A stretch of 64,000 bases of DNA from positions 557,400-621,399 of the forward strand of contig NW_003314363.1 of NCBI RefSeq assembly GCF_000143415.4. Direction: 5' to 3'. The notes under the pieces are model-generated. The model saw only the letters and a program-made list of their open reading frames with translations. It was not told the origin of the DNA and did no database searches. Each line of letters begins with the position of its first letter. Position 1 is the stretch's first letter. Made by a program: the position numbers and the translations under genes. Shown piece after piece: positions 47,981-60,769 of the stretch. The stretch comes from Selaginella moellendorffii. Its lineage: Eukaryota > Plantae > Lycopodiophyta.

Positions 47981-48174
47981 TGTAAGCAATCAAAGAGAAC
48001 GACTTGAGAGACGATCCATGGGGTTCAAATATAGAGGGAAAGGGCCCATGAATAAGAGTGCACCCCCTTTTCCAATCGGTTAAGGGTCTTGGGATATTTG
48101 GGGTTAAGCATCCTTGGGTTTGAATAGTACTGGGCTGGGTGACCTCCCGGGAAGTCCAAACTCAGGGGCTTACA
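47981..48174 (+). mobile_element. Cassandra-like solo LTR (194 bp) containing a 5S rRNA internal-promoter segment (48103-48157)
   Basis: Termini TGTAAGC...GCTTACA, perfect TSD CATAC, and an empty site in the sister LTR at about 44609. Contains GTTAAGCATCCTTGGGTTTGAATAGTACTGGGCTGGGTGACCTCCCGGGAAGTCC. Confidence 0.9.
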
Positions 48175-48358
48175 CATACCAGTGGCCTAACGCGAGGATA
48201 TGGGTACTCCACCAGCTAACATGGTGTGGAGCTTGGGCTTAGACCCAAGCCAGACGCAGAACAAGGACAAGCATGCAAGCGGGAGCTAGACTATGCCTCA
48301 GGTTGGTTGGCCATGCCCGACCTACCCACTATCCCTACTATACATTTGGAACCCCCAT

Positions 48359-49796
48359 TGTGAGACACAAAATCCCTAGGCCCCAAAGTGGAGCCGGAAG
48401 GGCGCCACATGGTAGTGGCCGAAGCAAGAGCCAAACGAGCGTAACACATTTGGACCAAAAGCTCCGACTTGAAAAGTCAAGAGCGGGAGTGGAACTCCCA
48501 ACGAAGTGCTCGAGGAACGAGCACGAAGCGAGCAAAAGGCGAGGCTCCAAAAAGGGACCCAAAAGGACCAACACATGACACGTGGGAGTGTCCGAGATGG
48601 ACTCGAGTTGGAGTCCGAAGTGGAGTCTGAGATGGACCCGAGTTGGAGTCTGAAGTGGAGTCTGAGATGGACCCGAGTTGGAGTCCGAAGTGGAGTCTGA
48701 GATGGACCCGAGTTGGAGTCCGAAGTGGAGTCCGAAGTGGACCGAGGCCGAGACCGAGTCCGAGTCCGAGTCCGAGTCCAAGTCCGAGTCCGGAGCTTGA
48801 GAGGGTGAAAGCCCAAAGCGTTCGTCTCCCAGACCCTGGGGGGTTTGGTGAGCTCCAAAAGTATAGTAGGGGGAGGACTGCAATGGAGCCAGTTTAGCCA
48901 GGAAAGGCCAGTTTGGCCCAGGAAGGCCGGACCCAGTGTTGGGTGATGAGCTGCCCACTGGGAAGTCCAAGACTAGAGTGAACACGGACCGACAAGCGGG
49001 GTAGCTTGGTGAAGTGTTCAAGAGCCGGCTCTAGTTCCCCCGGGAGATCGACTGGCCGATGCTCCCAGTCCAAGTGTGGGTGGCACTACCTACTTGGATA
49101 CCAGGCGTGGCTCAACGGAACCTCGCTCTAAGCCCATGGCTAGAGCACCTAAAGGCGATAGGTGGGGAGAGTACCCAGGTGGCTCGCGTAAGGCCACGGT
49201 GTTCCGAAATGTTGTCCCAAAGGCCCAGACTGTGGAAAGGAAGAGGAGCAGTCCTCTGGAGAAGTGACCAAGGACACAGTCGTGTGGTGAAGAAGTCCCA
49301 AAGGACCGTGGGACTTAGTGGTCGGGCCTGTGGGCCTCGATCCAGTGGCAGTGTTGGCAAACACGGCCAAGGGCAGAAAGGGACTTAGTGGGGACTGATA
49401 GAGGGATATTGGGGAAGGCTATTCCCCTTGTCAGTGGGCATCCTAAGGATGCTAAGGAGTGGATCTGAGATCACCACTCACGGATGGTTTGCCTAGTCTT
49501 GGAGAGCCAAGACTGTGATGCAAGTGGTATTGGACTACCAGTGTGGCAAAGGTGATTGGGCATGGCCTTAACGTAATGGGCTGCTATGTCGGTGGTACCT
49601 TTGAGTGTCGGTCATGGGATCGGACACGTGGAGCACTTGGACCAAGTGTAAATGTTGAGTGGCATGGATGCCATTCTCGGGGCTAGCAAGTCCCAAGTCC
49701 TGGATTGGACTGATGGAGGTTGTGAATGAGACTCCTCCAAGTGGTCGGAGGTGTGGTTAAGTGACTAAAGTAGAACGGAAAATTTAGTCTCTTACA
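48359..49796 (+). mobile_element. Solo LTR of family C (1438 bp) inserted in the B LTR
   Basis: TGTGAGAC...GTCTCTTACA, flanked by CCCAT/CCTAT (TSD with one mismatch). Collinear with 54201-55903. Confidence 0.88.
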
Positions 49797-49985
49797 CCTA
49801 TAGTGCCCCCCCCCCCCCTTGAGGAACACATGCTTTGGGCTTTCACCCCAAGCCTCCCTTAGTATCAGGAGTTTGTCTTTGGGACAAGTTCGAAACTTAT
49901 TAAATATGGAATAGCGCTAGATTGCGAATTTGGACACGGGACGAACACCATTGTGTTCAGGCCAACCTCTACATTCTGTAGATAT

Positions 49986-52900
49986 GGATCGGACACATAG
50001 AGCACTTGGACCAAGTGCAAAGGTTGAGTGGCATGGATGCTATTCTCGGGGCTAGCAAGCCCCAATTTCTGAATGGGACTTATGGAGGTTGTAAATGAGA
50101 CTCCTCCAAGTGGTCGGAGGTGCGGTTAAGTGACTAAAGTAGAATGGAAAAATTAATCGTTTACAACTTGGTATCGGAGTTGTTCCTTAGTCTGACTCTT
50201 ATTGGTGCTCAAGTATATCACCACTTGTATTGGAATTGGAAGGTCCTAGGTATGGACTTATCCTCGATGAAGAGCATGTCAAGAGGACATGGCTTTCCAC
50301 TCAAGTTCATGCATGAACTTGTGCGTAATGTGGTGGATGGAAAAGGCCAGTAAAGGAACAACTTTGGGATCTTGGGAATAGTATAAATGTTTCCTCAGAG
50401 AGTTGAGGATGTGATCCAGATGAGTGTTTGATGCAGCAAACGGGCTAATGTAATTGTGGTAAACAACTATAGTTGGGATCACCAGAAAGATGCAAACTCT
50501 AAAACGATAATGGAGTTACAAGATTACCATTATATAGTTGAGGCTGGTGCTCATGAATTTGAGACCGGAATTGATGACCGTGGGAGGTCAAATATGAAAA
50601 AGGACACAAGTTTTTGAAATGGTAGCCAAGGTTACCTTTAATAAATGCTGGAACAACCCAAGGAGTTGGGGGTGTATTTAGAGGATGAGTTGATATTCTC
50701 ATCACATGGACAAATGGTTATAAGGGGCAAAAGGTTGCCCTTAGAGAACAAATCAAATGTCGGAGTAACACTTGCAAAGATGGTCCTTGTGAGTAGGACA
50801 TGAATACAAGGAGTTGTATTCCAGTGAGCTAGCACCTCAAAAGTAGGACCTCATGGGTCGTTGGATTAGCAAAGTCCAAAAAGTCTGATGACTCAAATAG
50901 AGTCAAAGAATAATCCTAAGGGATTGATGGAAGCATTTGGACTGAGGTGTGTGGTGCCCCACGAAGAATGGGGAGGATCTTGAGATCTAAGCATGAGAAC
51001 AATGTGTATCTCATTGATGCCAGAAAGTGCCATGCTAAAGTCGTAGGAAAGAGTTTCCCAGAAGAAAAAAAACTTTGACACAAAGTTGTGTGTGAACTCT
51101 ATAGTGCAGTGCTAATGGATAATTGGCATAAGAGACAACCATATTGGTCTTGGCAAAAAGACTTAGACACTAGTAAAAAGTGTCATAAAGGTAGGCTCGT
51201 GGAGCCGATCGTGTGGAGACACCGAATGTGCTAAGGCGTGCTGCCTTGAGGTCAAGTTGGCGGGTTTATGATAACCCCTTCTAAAGGAATCCCAATGGAA
51301 ATGGGAATGACATAGCCTAAGCTGAAAGGCATGCGGTTAGAGTGTGGTGACCCAGATAATGATGGAGGTGTGGAAGCACCAGCAATGAGTTGTAGGACTT
51401 GACAACTATGAGACAACTAAACAAAAGGTGCAAAATAATTCGTTAAATTAGTAGAAGACAACTACCTAAGACTTCTTATTGGGATAATGAAGTTAGATAT
51501 ACCCTTATGGGGGATAAATTACTTATGTTGCGATATAGTAAGTCAATGTCGAAAAGGGAATGCTCATTGTCAGAGAGGCCATTATTGGGACACCCAAACA
51601 TTCTAGAACACCAGAAAGTGGTGTTTGGTGTTATGAGGGCAATGGATAATGCCCAAGGGACAAAGTCCCTAGCAAATGATGGATAGGAGGTGCTATCCAA
51701 ATGTCCAAGGTTGCGGAGACGGGAGAAGTCCGTCTACCCAAATTGGACAAAGCCAAAAAGGGGATTTTGGCAAAGCTAGTGATGGGCATATGAAGGCCCA
51801 TAAGTAGCAATGGTAATCCCAGTGTGTGGGATTACAAGGTGAGCAAACCCAGATTGAAGAACCACTCCCTATGTTTTTGGGTAGGTTCATCCCTATGAAT
51901 ACTTCAAGGCATGGTAAAAAGTGCAAAGCTATCTTTCTAGTTTGGAAGAAAATAACCGAAGGAAATGTATGAGGCCAAAAGGCAAGTAGTAAAGGGATAG
52001 AACTAAACCGTAGGAATTGACAGGCATGACCAAGGGTGGTTATGCAAGTTGGGAGTGGAGAATCAAATGGGTGCTCAAGCATATTGTTATTAGCTGCTGG
52101 GATGCCATGGAGAGTCTAAAGCATGGGATTGTCCATGTTAGACTATATGGTAATTGGAAAGATTGCGAAAGGAGAGATGTTAGCAAGCTAAGGAACAGAG
52201 TTCCTTGAATGTTCCCCTAGGTAGATAAGTACCTAGTCAGCCAAGTGTAAATGGTTTATAGAATGTGCGAAATCAGAGTGGCGCAGCAAAAGCGTGGTCT
52301 TGAAGCTTGTCATAAGGTGAGGCTATCAAGGTTGGGGAAGTAGTTCCTAAGTGTTCAAAGAGAGGGCTTTGAATGAAAGTTGATGGTTAAGGACTTTCAC
52401 GCTTATGTATGAACCATATTACGGTGGCCGGATGACTTGCTAAGTGAGATTGGCAAGTCGGGGGAACGAATACCCTAGTTGAAGGAGCCAACTTCAAAGG
52501 GTGGCCCATGGGGCCGAGCATGGAGGAGTCCATGCATGATCATAGACATGTCAAGTGAGAGGACTTGGTAGTGCAGAGGAACTAGGTTCCTAAATTGTGA
52601 TCTGTAGCACGCTTTAAGTATAAGTTGGTGCATTGGCATGGGGAGTCACGCCAGGCATCCTGTGTGATGCTATCCGTAGATGTATATACGGAGGTTGGGT
52701 TTGAGTCCCAACCCTCTAGTGCTTGGGTTCAAGTCCCAACTCACTAGGGCGAGGTGATAGTTTGGAATATGAGGACACTCATTTTTCGGTGGACTCTTAG
52801 TGAGGAGACTGGTTTGGGCACACCGTCAAGCGAGGGATGCCTTAGAGTCGTGATGCACGGTTAGATTGCTTAGTGTGGCTTAGCATATCTAACTTGAACA

Positions 52901-55900
52901 CTTTGGTGCGAAGGGCACCAAGGACGTAGTGAATGAGATGGGGACACCTAGTCTCAGTTGCTATGGACCCTTGGCCGGAAGGGCTGGCTTGGGTGCACCG
53001 CCAAGTGTGGGGGATGCCCCCAGGGTCATGGTGAACAATTTAAAGGTCTAAAAGACCTAATATCTATTGGCAAACCTGTTAAGGTGCCGAGGTTAGATCA
53101 CTATATGATCTTATGGCTAAAACAAGGACAAAGTCCTTGTGAGGTTAAGGGATAAAGTTCCAAGTTCAAAGTGTTGATTGGAACTATTGATGATGGTGTG
53201 GCTTGGTCAAGGTGACCAAGTGGGAAGAACACCTAAGGGAAATGAGCTATATCAATGCGATGGCATAATAAGTCCGAGGAAAGTAGCCTCTATAAGAGAT
53301 TCATGGGAGGGTCTCAAAGTTGGGCCGTGATAGAGCCTATAGCAGAAAATACTAAGGAGACGTACTAGGGGTGAACACCCTCCAGACTTGGCAAAGGAGA
53401 GTCTTTGCTATAGAACCGAAAGGATACCTTGAGAATGGAGGTGACGATTCTGTGTTGCGTGGTGCAACAATCAAGGATAGGAGCAAAAGACTAGTGGCTA
53501 AGAAAAGGGCCATGAGAATCATGAGATGGAAGCCAAATAGCAAAGTTAGTCCAAGAACACTAATATGTTGGACACTAACAGATTATGGGAAGGCAATGTG
53601 TTTCCAAGGATAAGTTCCCAATTGCTTCGATTTGTCAAGGGTGGAAGCTCCAAGGGATGGAGTGGTAAAGTAGCCAAATGATAGGGCCATGGACAGCCCT
53701 AACACGAATTACAATAACTGGAACTTAGTGCCAAGGGTGGCACGATATCGAAGAGAGGATGATAGTGCCCTCAAATAAAGAACTTCCTAGGACGGGAAGT
53801 GGAATTACACCATGTGCAACATAAGGTGACAGAGACACCTAGGAAATTGACTCTAAGAAGTCAAAATTAAAAGTTCCAAAGTGCAAAGGTTATATCGATG
53901 GAAATTAAGACTACTTGAGAATAAGTAGTGAGATTAAGTTAGAGAAAGTGTCTCTAACGAGTTTAGTGAGAACTAAATCAATAAAAGGAAAGAACCACCA
54001 TAAGTGGTCGAATGAGCCTCTAAGTTGGAGAGGCTATACTCCTTAGAGGATAGGCAAGGCATAGTGAGCCTTCGGTATCAAACCATTGACGAATATTGGC
54101 AAGGGGCCAAAGATGGAAAGGGTAATACAAGTTGGTATTACTTTATAAAATAGTTTATCGTTCGATAAGGACATTGAACATCGTCTATAGGTGGTGGAGT
54201 TGTGAGACACAAATCCCTAAGCCCCAAAGTGGAGCCAAAAGAGCACCATGTGATGGTGGCTAAAGCAAAAACCAAATGTGTGTAACATGTTTGGATTGAA
54301 AGCTCTGACTTGGAAGGTTGAGAGCGGGAGTTGAACTCCCAATGAAGTGTTCGAGGAACAAGCACGAAGTGAGAGATAAGTGAGTCTCTAGAAAAGGGAC
54401 ACAAGAGGACCGACACATGACACATGGAAGTGTCTGAGATGGATCCGAGATGGAGTCCGAGATGGACCCGAGATGGTGTCCGAGATGGAGTCCGAGATGG
54501 ACCCGACATGGAGTCCGAGATGGACCCGAGATGGATCCAAGACGGAGTACGAGATGGACCTGAGATGGAGTCTGAGATGGACCCGAGATGGAGTCTGAGA
54601 TGGACCCGAGATGGACCCGAGATGGATCCCGAGATGGAGTCTAAGTTGGACCCGAGATGGAGTCCGAGATTGACCCGAGATGGAGTCCAAGATGGACCCG
54701 AGATGGAATCCGAGATGGAGTCCGAGGTCAAGACCGAGACCGGGACCGAGACCGAGACCAAGATCAGGACCGAGACCAAGACCAAGGCTGAGGCCAAGTC
54801 CGAGCCCGAGCCTGAGTCCGAGTCCGAGTCCGAGTCCGCTGAGGAGTCCGAGTCCGAGTCCGAGTCCGAGTCCGAGTCCGAGTCCGAGTCCGAGTCCGAG
54901 TCTGAGAGGGTGAAAGCCCAAAGCGTTCGTCTCCCAGACCCTGGGGGGTTTGGTGAGCTCCAAAAGTATAGTGAGGGGGAGGACTGTAGTGGAGCTAGTT
55001 TGGCCAGGAAAGGCCAGTTTGGCCCAGGAAGGCTGTACCCAGTGTTGGGTGATGAGCTGCCCACTGGGAAATCCAAGACTAGAGTGAACACAGACCGACA
55101 AGCGGGGTAGCTTGGTGAAGTGTTCAAGAGCCGGCTCTAGTTCCCCCAGGAGATCGACTGGCCAATGCTCCCAGTCCAAGTGTGGGTGGCACTACCTACT
55201 TGGATACCCAGCGTGGCTCAACGAAACCTCGCTCTAAGCCCATGGCTAGAGCACCAAAAGGCGGAAGTTGGGGAGAGTACCCATGAGGCTCGCGTAAGGC
55301 CACGGTGTTCTGAAATGTTGTCCCCAAAATCCCAGACGGTGAAAAGGAAGAGGAGCAATCCTCTAGTGTAGTGACCAAGGATACGGTCACATGGTGAGGA
55401 AGTCCCAAAGGATAGTGGGACTTAGAGGTCGGGCCTACAGGCCTTGATCCAATGGTAGTGTTGGTGAACACGGCCATGGCCAGAAAGGGACTTGGTGGGG
55501 ACTGGAAAAAAGAGATTGGGGAAGGCTAATCCCCATGTCTGTGGGCATCCTAAGGATGCTAAGGAGTAGATCTGAGATGTTCACTCATGGACAAATGGCC
55601 TAGTCTTTGAGAGACGGGACTGCAACGCAGATGGTGTTGAATTACCAGTGTGACCAAGGTAAATGGGCATGGCTTTAGCGTAATGGGTTGAGAGGTCAGT
55701 GGTACCTTGGGGTGTTGGTCATGGGATCGGACACGTGGAGCACTTGGACCGAGTGCAAAGGTTGAGTGGCATGGATGCCTTTCTTAGGGCTAGCAAGTCC
55801 CAAGTTCTAAATGGGACTTATGGAGGTTGTGAATGAGACTTTTCCAAGTGGTCAGAAGTGCGGTTAAGTGACTAAAGTAGAATGGAAAAATTAGTCGCTT

Positions 55901-55903
55901 ACA
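49986..55903 (+). mobile_element. 5'-truncated family C LTR element: partial 5' LTR 49986-50165, decayed 4-kb internal region, 3' LTR 54201-55903
   Basis: PBS TGGTATCGGAG at 50169 and purine tract AGGTGGTGGAG before 54201. The 3' LTR runs TG...CA. No long ORF remains. Confidence 0.88.
54425..54906. repeat. Tandem arrays inside the C LTR: 12-mer GAGATGGA(CCC/GTCC) units then (GAGTCC)n; shorter version at 48585-48795
   Basis: Directly visible. These arrays generate the ESESES / LGLGLG ORFs. Confidence 0.9.
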
Positions 55904-57682
55904 TCATCCTTGGTATGGTGCTAGTAGTCTTCAACTTCTATGGGATGTGATTACATAGTTTGTCTTGTGCTTGGTGTTTTACCATTTCCTATTAATATGG
56001 AGTGTGATTGTGACATCAATTGGTGAGTTATAGATGATGCAGTCTAGTTCTTGGAGAATGTTCAAGGATCAAATTTATGGGAAGACGATGTTTACAAACT
56101 TAAATGGATTCTGGATTATGACGAGGAACTTAATTATTATGGAGATAACTATAAAGATGAATTGGAGATTTTACAGGGTAGATGTCAATCTTTTAATATA
56201 CCATTTGATCCTTTCTTTTTACTTTCTGCTTTTGCCTAACCTTTTTTCTTGAGCCACATTTACATGTTTTTACTATTCCTTTTTTGTCTAGAATATTTCC
56301 TTTTCCTAATGCATCAATCATTGATAACTCTTATAATTCTCATTCTCAATCCAGTATTGAATTGAGTGTTTTCTATCCTTTACATACTAATCTGGATCTT
56401 GAGTGTATGTGGGAAGTTGAGAATCTTGCTTTTGTTTCTTTGGCAGAGTCTTTAATCAGTTTTGATGTTGAGTACTCCCATATTCCAAGGGTTCAATCAC
56501 TTTGGCTAGAATTTCAAGTTGTGTCCCCATTTGTTAATGCTGTTGAGAGCCTTTATTTTACTGTTATTGTTAAGGAGTTTATGTATTCCCTTGAGAGTGT
56601 GGATGTTATTATTGATTCTCTCGTCTCATGTGGAATTATGTGTTGAGGAGGTTTAGTAGTGTGAATCTTTTGCTTATATTGTGGTGCCCAAAGTATTTTA
56701 TAATAAAAAGTCCCTTATTTTCCAAGTTTTGAGCATATTTCCTTCTTTTGATTTCCTTATTTCTGCATTGCCCGCTGCTATAAATTCCTTTTCTAATGCT
56801 TCTTTATCCACTTTTTCTTCTTTTATAATAGTTTTTTCCTTAAATTTTTTCACTTTTTCCTTTTTGCTTCGATACTTTAAACTTTTTTTTTCTTTAGAGG
56901 AGAAGGTAGAGGGGACAAACAAGAGTCCACCCCCAATGATGGAGTGAGGACGAGTGGATATGATAGTAAAGCAAGGACAAATGATATGGATTGTGAAGTG
57001 AGGATAAACATAACAAGTTGGAATGGAACATATAACTCTAACATAATGAAGTTGAATAAATGTGATAGTGGAGTGAGGCCAAATATAGATGGTGGAGTGA
57101 GGATAAAAGTAGCATGTTTGAACAGGGCTAGTGCTTTAGAACTTTTTTTCTTTTGAGATGGGGATGTGGAAGACGAATGGAGTGAGTCATACTTCCCATG
57201 TGCAATGTTAAACAAGGACAAAGATCCTAAGTCTAAGTTAACACAGATCTTGGATGTTAATTGAAGGGAAGATGCAGAGGTAAGTTTTACTTATGGTCAT
57301 GAGTCTGAGTTAATAGTTATTTCAGAGGATTATCGATGAACAGACTTGAAGGTAAGATATATTGTTTGTTGCAATAGCATTTTATGGACTAGAATGGTTC
57401 TTGAAATCCTTTACTTTAATTCAAAGTTATACCTTCGTGGTTGGTTTGAGCATTTGGCAGTTGCATATGGAATTGCAACTAGTGCATTAAAATTTCATAG
57501 TCGATTAATGTTTATGCCATGGCTTTAGGTTTTGTTTCAATTATGGTTGTTAACAACTTTGTTAGTGGTTTTGTGGGAGCTTCAAAATTTTGTGGTAATT
57601 TTTAATTGCCTAACAGAAGCTCTAAATGTTCTACTTAACTTATTGTCATCTTCCAGAGGGGAGGATAGCATAAGATTTGTAA

Positions 57683-57685
<3 letters not shown>
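55904..57685 (-). mobile_element. Very decayed retroelement relic (probable gypsy 5' region) ending at a (TA)n tract; 56880-57685 is repeated at 63085-63875
   Basis: About 800 bp are collinear with the window end. The minus-strand translation near 55910-56015 (HSILIGNGKTP...HPIEVE) resembles the pre-RT linker of family A. Confidence 0.55.

Positions 57686-57686
<1 letters not shown>

Positions 57687-57721
<35 letters not shown>
57687..57721. repeat. (TA)n microsatellite
   Basis: Directly visible. Confidence 0.95.
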
Positions 57722-57725
<4 letters not shown>

Positions 57726-58117
57726 TTATTCTGGCTAGATAATAAAATAATTATAGTACTATAGTATATGGATCATCCATTTGGGTCTAAATTTGGTCCA
57801 TCCATTTTTTTTTATATAAACAGGGGTTTAAACCCCAGTTAATATACCTATTCTCATATCTTGAGCACTCATACATGGATATTTTAGGATATTTTTTATC
57901 TACTGGTTATTATTTATTTAGATTAATTTATATTTATAATTTATAAAAATATTTATATGAGTACATTTGGCAAGTAGAGAGTGTGATGTTGCAAGTAGCA
58001 AAAGTAGAGCTACAAGCTAAAGCCAAAGCTAAAGCCCACTTTGAGCTTGCCCCACATATAGTATACCACATGTAAAGCACTCACTCCCTTGGATTCAAAT
58101 TTGGACTTAGACTCCAC

Positions 58118-59207
58118 CTATTGAATATGGAAATGGAATATAGAAATGTGTATATGAATTAGCCTAAAACTTTAGCTTATATACAAAAGCGAGTCGTTTG
58201 GATTGAACTTAATCTAACAGCTATTAAAATCCCATTACACTAATATTAGTATTTGACATCATAGCTATACATTTGGACCTCATATCATCCCCTTTTCTCG
58301 GAAGGATAGAAGGCAATTAAGGTTCTTTAGTTGACAAATTAGGATCTAGAGGGACACAAAAAAATAAGCACTAGTGGATTTGTAGGTGGTATCAATTGTT
58401 TTTTATCCTTTTGTACGAAATGTTTCAATTGTTGCATGTACACAATTTTTAAAGGATCGTCCTATTAAATGTTATGTCAAACATCATAAACTTGCAATTC
58501 AATTTGGCTCCACACAAAGCAAAGGGTTTTTAAAACGAATGCCAAATTGCATCACTGACTTAGATAGCCCTTAATAAAGATGACGCAATCATCATAACTA
58601 CTACAACACTATCCCTTAGAGGGAAACTCATGCAAATGTTAACTATCATCCTAAAAAAGATAGGTGGCAATCACTGTAAAGTATTCAAACCAATGATATA
58701 TATCATTTTTAGGATTCCCATTGAAGAACTCTAGTTAAATGCGAGAATTAACAACAAGAGCATAAGGAGTTGTACCATGCATTATGAATGCCCCCATTAA
58801 TTGAATATGATTAGTTAACTGCAATTACATAGAATTGAGCAATTCTACCAACTACTGCTCTAGAGTTAGAGGAGGAGATTGCTACTTTACAATGAAGATG
58901 AATGAAAAAGAAAAAGGAAACAAGAAAAAATTAAAAAAGTTACAAAGAAAATGAGATTTAAATGATGGAAACGCTAAAGTTAAACCAAAATCCCAAATCT
59001 AAGCACTCCTTATGGATAATCAAAATTGCCCCTCATCTCCACTAATTTAAGTGCATGCAATATGAAATGGAATGCAAAATGATACATATAAATTAGCCCA
59101 AAAACTTGAATTTATATATAGGAGTGAATGGTCCGGATTGAAACTATCAAAATCCCACTATGCTAATATTAATATACAGTATTGTAGCTATACACTTAGA
59201 CCTTATA
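58118..59207 (-). mobile_element. Internally deleted, AT-drifted family A derivative (two LTR relics with integrase-end and gag-start remnants)
   Basis: 58118-58285 and 59046-59207 align to the 176-bp LTR. Intervening blocks match 39213-39450 and 43400-43870. Confidence 0.8.
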
Positions 59208-59849
59208 TTTATATTTTATAAACTTTTAATATATTCTAGTTAGTTCAACCATCTAATTGTTAATATGTTATAAGATTAATATTGTATTTAAAATTTATAA
59301 TATATTTATAAATATAAACTTCCAATTGATCAACTAGATTAATTAATAATAAGCATTAATATTAAGAAAACCAAGTGTTTCTATGTGAAGCAAACTATTT
59401 TTTATTAGTTGCCTAATTAAAAACATTTACAATAAATATAAGTCAATTAAATATAAAACCTCAAATCAACTAGTTGTAATATAAAATTTAATGTGTAGGA
59501 TCTCTCAAGTTTAGCCCAAGCATATATTAATCACCATTAATTTCTTTATTTTTTATTAGTAATTTAACTTTCTCAAAGTCGATAGCTAGCTTTCTTCTTT
59601 TGCCAGAGAGCTAGCTTTTGGTGCATTAACTAGTCTCTTTGACTCTTTTTACTTGTTATTAGTTTATGTTTCTTCCTAGTTAATCGAAAGTTTAAACTTG
59701 AGTGTAAGTAGTAAAATGGGATATAGTTGGAACAATAGGATTAATTATAGTGCTTCACCTACAATTGAGTTGATGATAATTGTAGCATTGTTGTTATCTT
59801 ACTTGTATATGGCCCAAGTGTTGATAAGCTTTATTTGAAATAATGGAAG

Positions 59850-60740
59850 AATGCTCATCAAATATTAATCCTAAAACTTAGCATCAACAACTCATGGCAA
59901 TTATAAAAGTCAGCTTAAGTTTTTTAGTAATATTTAATCATAACTATAAAAGAGTTTATATGGTAAAGCACTTTGTGCCCCTTTGACATATGCATACCAA
60001 AAAGATGGTATATAACCATTTCAATTTGAATATAGTGAATTCACATACTTTATGATCATTTGTTTGAAGGTTGGAATAAGCTATTCTATCAAACCATGTG
60101 AATGATAAACATTATGGAAGTGTGGTATATCCCTAACTAATATGAAATGCCTCAACCATAAATATAAAACCATTATAATCCACTCCACTTGATTGAGGAA
60201 GAAACATCCAACAATACTCATAAATGCACTAACAAAAGCATTGACTTTCACCCAATAAGTCAAGTAATTAAAAACAATAATGATATACTCATTGTTAACA
60301 ATTGATTATGGAAAAGACCTATTAATCAAACATTGCAACCTCAAATGAATAGAAAATTATAATTGACTTCAACTATCTTTCTGTAACATAAAAGGGAATG
60401 TAGCTATGTACATATTGAATAACATTATGTCATGTCTCCCACCTAAAGAAATATATACACAACTTTTTAGTCATATGATGATGTTTTATATGTCCTTCTA
60501 GAATAGAAAAGTCATAGTAAATGTGGAGAAAGCATGAAATAAAAATCAAAAGCACCATCAGCCATAAATAGTTATCAAGATTAGTCCCCATAAAATAAAG
60601 AAGGTTGTTCTTAAGACAATATCAAAAATGTAAATGCTGAAATAGTAAATCATTAGCAAATGATTTAGAATTTTCAAACCCATCTTGAAGCCTTTAAATT
60701 TACAATTGAACCTTTTGAGCCTCATGAACATTATTAAGGT
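59850..60740 (-). mobile_element. Detached, AT-drifted family A integrase relic
   Basis: Collinear with about 39660-40580 (agagtttatatggt.aagca, ttcacatactt, gattgaggaagaa, cttttgagcctc). Confidence 0.75.
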
Positions 60741-60769
60741 ATGGTAAATTAAACCAAATTATTTTTTCA

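Larger units (their letters stand above)
44240..49985 (-). mobile_element. Non-coding/decayed LTR element (family B): LTR 44240-44794, internal region 44795-47606, second LTR 47607-about 49802 (interrupted twice), then the start of another internal copy
   Basis: Two collinear LTRs starting tgtagc. PBS TGGTATCAAAG (tRNA-iMet type) at 47604-47594. Poly-G PPT at about 44796 and again at about 49805, each followed by the same about 180 bp. Confidence 0.85.

Noticed and set aside
48103-48157. Functional 5S rRNA gene
   Set aside because: Only the internal 55 nt match. The 5' half, 3' end and T-run terminator are absent, and the segment lies inside a TSD-flanked LTR.
48585-48795. Regular repeats that might suggest a CRISPR array
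   Set aside because: No unique spacers; this is an LTR minisatellite in a eukaryote.
54138-55179. Long ORFs rich in SD, LG, ES or SP dipeptides (also 48338-49021)
   Set aside because: Produced by stop-free 6- and 12-bp tandem repeats inside family C LTRs.
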